From positions 5,704,001-5,768,000 of the forward strand of contig NC_087248.1 of the NCBI RefSeq assembly GCF_037042905.1: DNA of 64,000 nt, in the 5' to 3' direction. A model generated the notes under the pieces. It worked only from the letters and a program-made list of their open reading frames with translations, had not been told where the DNA came from and made no database searches. Below, one piece after another: positions 13,397 to 25,010 of this stretch. Numbering within the stretch: the stretch's first letter is position 1; the number at the start of each line of letters is the position of its first letter. The translations under genes and the position numbers were made by a program. The stretch is from Lytechinus pictus. Its lineage: Eukaryota.

Positions 13397-15078
13397 GTTG
13401 GAACCTAACAGACCGACCTTCGATGACTGAAGCGCAGTCTCAAGTTCCTCTCAAGTTCTTTGTCATTCCTAGTTTATGATCGACCTATCACCTCTACTAA
13501 AATTTTCTAACGTATCTCTATTCCCCTCTCTCTTTAATAGTATACCTGCCTCTCCATTACGCTTGCTTGAACTGTGGCTGGCTATAATGATAGGGTATCG
13601 TACTGAATTCCTCTGTTGAAAGCATATCAAATATGATCCAAAAATAAAAAACATGATCTTTAACACGATCTTTTACCATGCTTACTAATCATTCTATGTC
13701 ACCTCTTGCGTTTTATTCTTGATCTTACTATGCCAAATTTTACGGTTTAAAACCACATAAAACCTCCATCAGCAGATGAGTGTATTTTCATACTATATAT
13801 TTGAAATATTAGTGTAGATATATCAAAGAAGCAAATTAACTTTAAATTGCAGTGAATTACAAACGGTGACATCAAAAAAAGTTTCCAGATGGGGGTAAAA
13901 TTTCGGAAGTAACACTTGAAATACACTTACATTAAAAAAAGTGTTTCTTTTAGAGCAATGTGCGGAGAAGGAATAAATCATGGTGCTGTAAGAGACGAGT
14001 CACAATTATTGTCTACATGACATATAATTCTAAACATCCTCCATTGTTTTCCGTGGCCAAAGTCCAGTGCTTCGTAAACAAATCCTTCCTTTTTATCTTG
14101 TTTATAGGTCAAGGCGAAGAATAAGTGTGCAGTTTGCCTTTCGATATACTACAATGAAATGCAAATACACGATTGTTTGAAGAAAAAAAAGGAATATAGT
14201 GTGTGGAATATTGTTTGAAAAAATAAACCAAAACGAGTACAAGTTATCGTGTACTTTATATCTGGCTTTCAGTAGGCCTACCTCCCCTGGCCGAAATGAA
14301 AATATAAAATCCACAGTATGTTGCTATAGGCCTACGTTTTCATAGAATGATAAATGAGAGAAAAAAAATGAGTAAAATTTTGAAAAAGATGTCATTTACC
14401 CTTTGGGCGTTATGTAGCAAATGTAAGTTTCCCGACCTTAAATGAGATGACCTTAAAGGGGAATGAAATCTTTGGAACAAGTAGGCTTGTGTCGAAACAG
14501 AAAAATCAAAGAATAAGAACAAAGAAAGCTTGAGAAAAGTCAGACAAATAATGAGAAAGTTATGAGCATTTGAATATTGCAATCACTAATGCTATGGAGA
14601 TCCTCCCATGTACGCCACAAAACTTTTAATTATTCGCTACTTTCATCTTGTTTATAAGATTTTGTTAAGACCGTTTAAAACATGTCTCTTTATAAAACGT
14701 ATCCCTTTGAACAAGAAATAGGACAATGAAAGATCGAGAACTCTGAAGCCTTTGAGTATAAATGCCTGTCAATCTGCCATCAGATAAATTGTGAAAGCAA
14801 GCGTTCTACATAAACGGTTTGAAATGGGAAATGTTTGATGGGCTAATTAAAGGGTATAGCATAGTTTACATTTTAATAAAAGGTCGTTTACCCTTGCTGA
14901 AGCACCAAACAGTGGGGGGGGGGGGGGGGGGGGTATGAAAGCAATATATTGAGCTGAAAAATTGAACATTTGGGGGACACCCCTACAGCTAAGCCTATGT
15001 ATACGGGGGTATATAACCGTGTACATGATCCTTTCATCTTTTAGTTAAAGGCCTCGAAGGATTTTTCCAATGACTATA

Positions 15079-15898
15079 CAGTGCGTCCCAGAAAAAAACG
15101 AAACCGAGATTTAGCGATGATTTATCATAACTTAATCATAAATACAATAGACAAATGACCTACCAATGTAAAGCTTAGAATCTCTTCTTTCATGTGATAT
15201 TACTTAGATTATTCCTCATTCACGCATGAGTGAGCAAAAACAATTTGAAGAAAGGATACCAAAAACTCATTTGGCGGGGGGTATCTGAATTTCAAAAAGA
15301 AAATCGCATGTCTTAAAAGTTCAATATCTGCTCTTTAATTTGATACCTCAATCACAGAAAATGGTCAAGAAATAACAAAGTTCTGGTTATTTGAAATAAG
15401 GCTTGAATTTCCATAATTTCTTTAAATAAACTGTTTTCACCGGTTTCCCACAGAAGCTATCGCATGGTTAACAAAAGACTTAATGCATGGCTGATCGTAA
15501 ACAAAACGGAGTGTCGAGTGAGTTTGAACGCAAGCCTGTAAAACCTCTTCATTTTATGAAATTATTGAAATTCAAGCCTTATTTAAAATAACCAGAACTT
15601 TGTTATTTCTTGACCATTTTCAGTAATTGAGGTATCAAAATAAAGAGCAGATATTGAACTTTTTAAAAATGTGGTTTTCCTTTTGAAAGCCAGATACAAC
15701 CCGCCAAATGACTTTTCGGTATCCCCTCTTCAAATTGTTTTTGCTCACTCATGTGTGAAGGAGAAATAATCTAAGTAATTTCAGATGAAAGAGGAGATTC
15801 TAAGCTTTGCATTGATAGGTCATTTGTCTATTTTATTTGTGATTAAGTTATGATAAATCATCGCTAAATCTCGGTTTCGTCTTTTCTGGGACGCACTG
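15079..15898. mobile_element. 820-bp foldback-type Tc1/mariner-like MITE with long TIRs
   Basis: TA|cagtgcgtcccagaaaa...ttttctgggacgcactg|TA; the arms are reverse complements over roughly 350 bp. Confidence 0.9.
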
Positions 15899-16818
15899 TA
15901 TAATAATGAATATGTTGTGTTATAAACTACTGAACTACAGCTAATATCAAAATGCGAGCGAGCGAAGCTTGCGAGCAAATTTTCAGTAGTTGGAAGACAT
16001 GATGACCAAAATCGTCTTTCATGAGGTGTGTTTATTGGATAATGTGGCGAATGAACATAGCGAGCGAGAAAATTTTCAGTCGGTGGAAGAAAGAATGTTG
16101 CCCCAAAACCTCTTTCAAGTTATGCAAGTGGTGTATCACACCACGGACTATAATGTACAGGGGTATATAACTGCCAATAATTGAGTGCCACCGGCGGATC
16201 CAGGAGGGGGGGGGGGGCAAAGCAGCCCCGTAACCCCCCTTTTAAAATTTGTAATGTAAAAATGCCATTAAACCGAAGTTTTTTTTGGCTTGTCAAATTT
16301 TTTCGTAGACGAAATGTCCTTATTTTTTGGTTGATAACCTGTTTTTATTGTTTTCCACTGCTGCGTGCATATTGATACTACCATCTTTGGCTTGACATGT
16401 TAGAAGGACTATCACACTGATGGTTATATTGTAATGGATTTGTTGTGACGTAAACTACTGGATTACAGTTAGTATCCAAAACGAGCGAGCGAAGCGATAT
16501 TGGAAGAAACAGAAACAGAATGATAATCAAATCGTCTTTCAAGGGAGTGTAATTATGGGATTGCGGCGGTGAGCTTAGTTAGCGAGCCTTAAAAATTTGC
16601 TTCAGTCGTTTAAAATAATATGCATTAAATACAGAGGATGATATCAATAACGTAAACTTTAGGATATGAACAAGAAATGTATTTAAAGGGCAAATAGTGA
16701 ATTAAAAAGTCGCGTTTTCTTCAATAAAAACTCATTTGCTCACGAGTCAAAGGTTAAATGAGAATGGAAAAAAATAGGATCATGATTATCAGGAATAAGG
16801 GTGCCATATGAAATGATC

Positions 16819-17240
16819 ATAGGCCATCACAGGCCACAATATAAACTTCCCAAAACGTGGAAAAATCACAATGATGATTACGAAAATGAAAGATTTCGAA
16901 TAATCTTTAAGATTATATTGGGAGATGATGCAACATTCCAAATTTTGAGCAAAATTCACTTTTGAAATATTTATTACATTGTTGTGTTAATTACTGTCAA
17001 GTCCCCTATAAATGGATAAAATGGTAATAGGCCATCACAGGCCACAATATAAACTTCCCAAAACGTGGAAAAATCACAATGATGATTACAAAAATGAAAG
17101 TTTTCGAATAATCTTTAAGATTATATTGGGAGATGATGCAACATTCCAAATTTTGAGCAAAATTCATTTATGAAATATTAATTACATTGTTGTGTTAATT
17201 ACTGTGATTTAAAGTCCCCTATAAATGGATAAAATGGTAA
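16819..17240. repeat. Direct tandem duplication, about 208-bp unit
   Basis: ataggccatcacaggccacaatataaacttcccaaaacgtgg...gtcccctataaatggataaaatggtaa starts at 16819 and at 17027, nearly identical. Confidence 0.9.
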
Positions 17241-17840
17241 AGGTGAATGTTTCATTAACGGCATTGATTTTATCAATGTCTTCATTAACTTATCGTATAT
17301 ACTTTAAAAGAATACGGTAGGCCAAACATTTTTCGTACAAATTCCCCACTCTCACAAAGATACCAGGTGACCCTCTCCCATACTCACGAAAGTGTATTAA
17401 AGGATGATTTAATTCGTTTATGATAAAATTAAATATTGAAAGTAATTGGAATCACATATTCATAAATTGACTATCATAACTAAACTCTCATGCTGGTGCA
17501 GTGGATATAACCTTTGCAAGAATATAAACGTGTAGGGATTTGTCACGGCCAAATTCTTGTAAGAATAGGTTGAGCGCGGGAGCGGGGGACCGCACGATAA
17601 ATTTTGTATTTTTAGAATGCAAAATTACGCACTTTGACTGCAACAGTAGAATCAACCACTTGATGATTAAAACAGTTTTTCTATCTTGAAAGGGGGGGGG
17701 GGGCGATTGTACATGCCATCCCCCTCTCCGAAAAGTGGGGGATGTATCCCCCCACCCCTCCGGAATTTTCGCCCGTGTGAAGCACATTTTATGAAATATA
17801 TTCCTTTTTACATTTTGTGAATGAAAAGCTTGTGACTTAC

Positions 17841-18157
17841 GAGAGCATTCTAGGATCACACGACGGGCCTGGAAGATTAGACAGATCATTAACATCAATA
17901 TCAACATTCTGGTTCTCGATAAAAACTGCAGCTTTTTCGTATTCTTTCTCGTTCCCCTCGTAGTCGACTGGTAGTTTCTTCCCCGTCAAACGTTCATACT
18001 CGATGAGTGGAAAATTAGACGATATGTAAGGTTCAAACCACACAACATGGTCATCATCGACCACGCTCAGACATTTCAGCAGCGATGTCGACATCGAGCG
18101 CGGAACACAAGCTAGAAATATTCTATGTTGTAGGGGAATCGAACCATTTTCAGCCAT
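17841..18157 (-). CDS. Sulfotransferase-like B: intact first coding exon with no exon 2 of its own (alternative first exon of gene A, or a gene fragment)
   Basis: aaaATGG start and an open 317-nt exon (same length as A exon 1) encoding IFLACVPRSMST...WFEPY, ending in a phase-2 donor TC|gtaagt. No exon-2 homolog seen in 13400-17840. Confidence 0.7.
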
Positions 18158-18892
18158 TTTTGATAGTGGTATACACCAATCTAATACTTATCGAATATTC
18201 TAATGGAAGGTAGACTTTGACCTTTCAACATGTATGCCAAGCGCAGTATAAATGGTCAGATGAATGAATTTGTATTTGGGACTGGGGCAGCTATTATGTC
18301 TACACATGCCGATGATCTTCACTTTTGCTCTCTGACACATTGATCAGGCCTATATTTCTGGATGTATTAATGTATTCGTATTAAACAACTGAACAAGGGC
18401 AAGGGAAGTGGCCTCATGATTTCTTGCTATGCCTCAATCTCACTCTGAGCACCTAGATAGGTATTTCTTCCCTGTCTGTCTCCCTTAAAACCATGGACCT
18501 ATTGAAGGTCCATGCTTTTACAAAGAGTCGAAATAGCTCCAAAGTACCGGTCACAACTTCGGATAGCCAGTCCATAAAATGTATTGTAATATGATGTATT
18601 GTCGTAAATGCATAAATAATGGTCTTGAAAGATCAGTATGCTCATCTTTGTTTCCAGAAGAATGTCCTTCCTATTATGAAGATTTATGAGATGGAAGAAT
18701 TTCCATTGTTTAGATTGATCAGGGCCCGTTTCATAAAACGTGTTAATTTGCAATAATGCAGTTACAGAAATCCTTCTATCTGATTGGCTGATGGTAAATT
18801 TGTTACTTCAACAAGTCTTTATGAAACGGGACCCTGATCAATGTAAATGGGCAATGATTTATCATGTATACTACGATTATTCATTGTCGCAT

Positions 18893-19088
18893 CACTCTTA
18901 AAAATGTTGGGCAACATACGGTCCACACAACAATTGGTTAAAACTTTATCCAATTCTGGGTAGTTTTACACCAATAATGTGTGCTTTGGGTGAAAACTAC
19001 ACAGTATTGGTGTAAAACTACCCAGAATTGGATAAAGTTTTAACCAATTGTTGTGTGGACCGTATGTTGCCCAACATTTTTAAGAGTG
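18893..19088. mobile_element. 196-bp hairpin MITE in the divergent promoter region
   Basis: 84-bp perfect inverted repeat (cactcttaaaaatgttgg... / ...ccaacatttttaagagtg) around a 28-bp spacer. Confidence 0.85.
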
Positions 19089-19268
19089 GCAATAGTTTCC
19101 GTTGAGCAAACAGTAAAGTTTGGATAACACATGCAGAGCATACGTACAATAGCAAAGCAGCCAGAACGATAATATCTCCTGTATTCAGTTCCCTGTCTAA
19201 ATTAAGACGCTGATCCAAGAGCCCTAGCTTTTACTGCCGAACAACTTGAAGGTGAACGTCGTCAAGTA

Positions 19269-22210
19269 ATGGCGGATGCCAAACGATCTCGTCTCATCTT
19301 CATTTGCATTCAAAGGTCTGGGTCGACATCAATCCTGAAATGTTTGAGCTTCATTGACGGGCTCGAGGCATGGTTCGAGCCGTATGTCATCGCCAAGATC
19401 GCTATCCGAGAGTACAAGGCACATGCTGGGAAGGACCTACCGACTGATTGGAAAGAAGAGAACCGTGCCGAGTTCGACCACGCTGCTCAGTTAATACATA
19501 CTATGAATAAACTACCTTTAGTAGAAGGAAAGGATTTTGCGTAAGTAGCATTCAGTATTCTTTCCTTTAAAAACTTAATCGAACTGATCAGGGGCGTAGA
19601 CAACGGGGGGGATGAGGGGGATGCATCCCCCCCAACTCACAAGGTGGGGGGGATGGCATGTACAATCATCCCCCCCAGGTTTTGGGGAATGATATTTGGT
19701 TACTTAATAAGTCATAATGATGATAATTATAGTAATAATAATAATGATAACAATTATAATAATAATAATAATAATAATTATGATGATGATAATAATAATC
19801 CTCATCATTATTGTAATTGTGTTTATTGTTATTAGCCGCATTCACACGGTGAAAGCCAATTCAGACGGTAAAAAAAAGAAAATCTTACAAGTATTTTGTG
19901 GTTATCTTGTGGTTTGGAAACCACAAGATTAATCGCGCATATTTTGCAGTGCGCGCAATCTCGCAGTATTGTTACTCCATGGATCATAGTGATACTGTTT
20001 ATGTTTTTTGTATCTGTATGTTAATGAGCCGCCAGCCAATATCCATCTATGGATACTATGCCTGTTTCTTTGAGGTAAAAAAATGCATAGTATGTACGTA
20101 TTCATTATGCTTTATAATGAACAGACATATTGTTATTTGTTTGTTGTTTATGTGTTCTATTCACAAATGGCCACAGAGGCTGTTTTCATTCATAACCACA
20201 TACCCATATCAAGACAACAAAGACTATACCTGCGTGTACACAGTTGACATTGGTTTTTTTTTCTGAAGAGGTGTAACAGAAAAATTCACAGAGATAAATA
20301 AATACGTAGTGTGGTTCAATATGCAATACTATGTGTCAGTCCATTCTGTATTCGTATGCCACGGTGTGTAGATCTTGTCGATGTATGTCTGTCCATTCAA
20401 GGCGTAGTATGTGTGTGGTGCGCGCACCCGTGTGTGTGTGTGTGCGTGCGCGCTTGTGTGTGTTATTTTACCTCATTAAGTATGCATCAGATTGCACGAT
20501 TTCAAGTTCAAAATTGCAAAAGCTCCCTACCGTGGGAGGGGGGACACCCCCCTCCCACACCCTCCCCCCGCTCGGTCGCTTCGCTCCCTCGCTCGGGCGC
20601 TTCGCGCCCTCACTAGCGTTGGCAGCCCAATCATCCCCCCCAGGTGTACGAACCTGTCTACGCCACTGGAACTGATAGCCGGTGATGGAAGGATAGGTTG
20701 TGGAATAATTAGGTTTATAAAGTCCATAAAGTCAAAGAGTCAAAAGCTTTCTACATGTATACATATTTGAAAAAAAATGTAATGACCGAGTATATTTTAG
20801 TCTATATTTGCAAATGGCCTTATCCGCCAACATTTCTTCCACTTCAAATTCAAGATATAGAATCAATGATCGTTTTGGAATTTCAGGACCTCCAGTATCT
20901 GTCGTTGTCCTTAGGTCTACTCGAAACGTTATAGTCTTTAGATATATGAATGGAAATGGAGGAAATCATAATTCAACAAACCGCGATAGTTTAATGCAAG
21001 AGGGTCTACATGAGATTGGGTGGCTCTCTTACATGTGCCATACCAACCAACCCTCAACCACTTCAGAATTTATAACCATTAATCAGAATGATTTGTGCCG
21101 AAAAGAAACACCTTTCCCATAAGACGTCGACAAAGCCATGTGCTGGATGAAATTTTGGCGCGTTTTCTGGTCTGGACCGAGGTGCGTGAGTGACTCAGCC
21201 AGGGATTTGGCAAATACTCAACAGTCATTCCTTTTTCTGTTTGCTCATGATAACCATGTGTATTTTCATTTTCAACTGTTCTCCTTTATTTACTTGGGTG
21301 ATTTTGCTACTTTACGTTAAATCAGCTGTTTGTTTATGAAATGCTCAGTTTAAAGTAATGGTCATTACTGTGTAGTGACCTCAATCAATAGCAAATCGCA
21401 CTTGGCATGGAAATTTTTCCCCATAAATCTGAGATTAATATATAACAGCCTGACTATAGATCTTTATCTTTTACTGTCAAATAAAATTCCAATAGCAAAT
21501 TATTTGTCAATCTAACACGTTATATCATTTCTGTTGGCAGGTTTTCGGAGGTGAAACGACGTCTAGAGAATCTAAAGAGCGCCCAGGTCGTCGTCAAAGA
21601 CATGGGCGGATCATTCTGTGGTTCTCGAAAGCAGTACCTCCCTTCTCGTAATAGCGGCTACAAGTACGTCTTCATAATCCGAGATCCACAACTTGCTCTG
21701 TCGTCCTACAGAAGAGCCACCATACAGACATCTCTCACCATGCCAGGGTACACTTCTGGCAAAACAGAAGAGGACTTTGATCTTCGAGTGGATGATCCGT
21801 ACTACTACGCTGCCGGTGGCAACTACTTCAACATCCATGCGGCCTGGAAGTATGTACGAGAGAACCTCGACCCAGACCCGTTGATAGTAGATTGCGAGGA
21901 TTTGATGGCCAACCCAAAGCCATACCTACAGAAAATCTGTGAGGTTGGAGGGTTGGAGTTCCACGATGGGCTCTTAAACTGGGATGCTTCCACCGATATC
22001 ATCAAAACCTGGAAGAATCCTGGGGGAGTGCCGAAGATGCTGGCAACTGGTCTTGGGTATTTCCATCGAACAGCTATCAACAGCTCTTGCTTTCAATTTA
22101 GTAAGAAAGAGAAACCACCACTCTCCTCTGCAACGAAAGATATTCAGATGGCGGTTGCCGATGGGACAGAGTATTACAATGAGATGTACGAACTTCGTTT
22201 TAAGCCTTGA
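19269..22210 (+). CDS. P-loop sulfotransferase-like protein C (313 aa). Exons 19269-19540 and 21541-22210
   Basis: Phase-2 GT-AG intron (GC|gtaagt...ggcag|G). Motifs CIQRSGST, WFEPY, VVKDM, FIIRDPQLALSSY, IVDCEDLMANP, LLNWD. Confidence 0.87.
19589..20668. mobile_element. hAT-like non-autonomous transposon in the intron of gene C
   Basis: TIRs caggggcgtagaca / tgtctacgccactg with an exact 8-bp TSD, gaactgat. Confidence 0.85.
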
Positions 22211-25010
22211 TTAAATGGGGGTAATTATTTGAATAATTACGTTTCGACCCTCAGTTACATATCGTGTCAAAATTTTCTTAAGTAATTCCTTTATGGAGCA
22301 AGCCTCTCTTTGTAGTGTTCGAATTTAGACATTTTTCATTGGTGTCATATTCTTCACAGTCTGTGTAATGACACATGAATTCTCACACATAATATATCTA
22401 ATATGAATGCAATATTTTCTAATTTTCCATTTAATCATTGTACATCTTTGGAGAGTTGGATGGTTCCTACGCAATTTTCCAACGGGATTCGAATGTGCGC
22501 CATTTTTCATGTTTTTTAAAGCAGGGTAGATTTGAAGGGGTTTTCACAGTGATTTTCATTTGGGATCTTTTAAAAGGTGACACGACATTTTCTCCAGCGA
22601 CGTTTGCTCTGCTCTTAATATCTCAAAGGGGGTTGGGGTCAGAGTTATTGTAATAAAGTTTTTGGTTCAGAACGATGTAAATACGTGTATAATGGTTAGG
22701 GTATATTTTTGGAGGTAAGCTTTTATGTTTGGCCTGACGTGTAGACTTTCCATCAGAGAAATTGTCGCCGGGGCAAATGCCATGGACCCCTTTTAAAAAT
22801 CACCCACATATTTTTTTATGGAAAATGTAGAAACCATCAATTTTTAAAAGGGGTATTACCTTGTTAAAAGAAGGGTATGCGATGATTAAAAGTGTGATGG
22901 ATTAGAGTCACACAAGGGGTATACCTGTATTGCTCGAATATCTATCAGAGCCAGGAACCCCCCCCCATATACACAGAGCTGTATGAGCGATGATTTATTA
23001 CTTTCCATTTTGTATATAAAGAATGGTTAATTTCTTTCTAATCATTGAAACCCTGCATGCAGGATACGTACTTTCGAAATTCAATTCATTATGGATATCG
23101 TGTGCATTGTATTGATATCTGAATCGTATCTTATTTTGCTTATACTCATATAGAAACTGAGGAACCTATAAATTGCCATCGAGATTGCGAGATACGTTAT
23201 ATCACCAAGTCGTCATATTATAAAGTGTTGTATGCCGACTTCACTTGGCGAGATACGTAAACTCTCGCAAAGTCGACATATGAAAATTGTTTTGTCAACA
23301 TGGCGAGATACAATATCTCGCCAAGCCGACTTATGACAACTAGGCCTAGTGGACATACAATTTTTCATATCGAATCGGTGAGACAACGTATTTCGCCATC
23401 TTGACAAGTCGATGGTACTCAGAAGCTTCCCGAAACATCTACACGTCTGTCAACTTAATAAAAAAAAGAAATCGGACAAGCAATAAGAAAGTTATAGCTG
23501 CTTTAAAATTGAGATCACTAATACTATGTAAATTTCAAATTGGCAACTGGGTAAGTAAATTATGACAAGGGGCAAGGACAACTTTCCCATAGGCCATGTA
23601 CATGTACATTATCAGGGATTTGTGGTTTTCTCATAAGTACCCATTCCCCTGGGGCAGTAATCTAAATATAACCCAGGTAGTATATTGTTTTATGTCCTCA
23701 TGAAAGAAAAATATAATTTGAAATAAAACTTTTGGGAAAAATGACATTTTAGCCATAATATGTATTGGAGTACATGGAAGAGGAGTCCTTGCCTTACATC
23801 ACTATGACATCACACATGCGGCCAATTTGAAGTCTCCATGGGTATAGTGATTACAAATATTTACAACTTTTAAAAATTCATAACTTTCTTGTTGTTTGTC
23901 CAATATTGTTCAAACTTTCACCTATCACCTTGTCTGATTTTTCTTTTCCTTATAAAAACAAGTTTTTATTTGGGTTGGATTCCCCTTTAATGACTTTGTT
24001 TTGTATTGAAAAGAAAATAAATTTATGAAGACAAAAATGAATTATTGAATAAACTTTAAATATTTGTTATTTTGTTAAAAGTTGTCACTGAGTATTACTG
24101 AAATTGTAATTTTAATCCAAATTTCTCAAAAAGCAATCATAATTCGCAGAACAGTATCCAAGGAGGGGCTAGTCTTTAGGGGTGCCAATGCCAGGGATCA
24201 GAAAAAAAATGAGTGAGGGAAATTAAAATATTTTTATTCCCCATCACTCATTTTTCTGCTTCCTGACATTTGTATAGAGAAAGACAATGGTGAATCCCAG
24301 TTTAATCTCACCAACAACCAATTAAAGAGACACCAAAGTCAAACCCCGAATGGGATATCATTTTATAAACTACAAAAGAAGAAATTGGGGCTCTAACATC
24401 AGCTTACATGCTTGCATAAAATGGGTAATGTGCATGCCTATATCATTGTTTAAAAACAATCATGGCAAACTTCAAAGTCATATTCTTAGTTTTTGTCCGA
24501 TTTTGACAAAAAAGAAAATCATTCAGATTTTCTTATTCGTCACTTCTATCAAAAGAGGGTGAACTTTTAACTTCCCTTTAAAAGAGAAGACAAAGTTCAA
24601 ATCCGTTGAACTGGGATGATATTTCATATATGCAAACACAAAGTGTCGCAATAGTTTTTAAGAGTGGGTTATAACAATGGTCACGGCACCTGACATGCAC
24701 CGTACGCATTATTGACTGCTACACACAGATACGTCTGTAGCACGTTAAGCAAACAACAATCTCAATATATTTTTTTCGAAATTACATGTAGGGCCTATAT
24801 CATACGGTTTATTCACCTGGAATACTTCTTTCGATATATTTTCGATATCACCATCACTCTCTGGAGAATCGACGCAGTTATACATTCATGAATATATCAC
24901 TATGTCGTTGGACAAGTTTACACTGTTCTGATTTTTAGGTGTTGTTCATAGTATTTGGATATTGCCAGTGGCAGTAGCAAACCACGCTCAAAATCATCAA
25001 GTCGGCTGCC

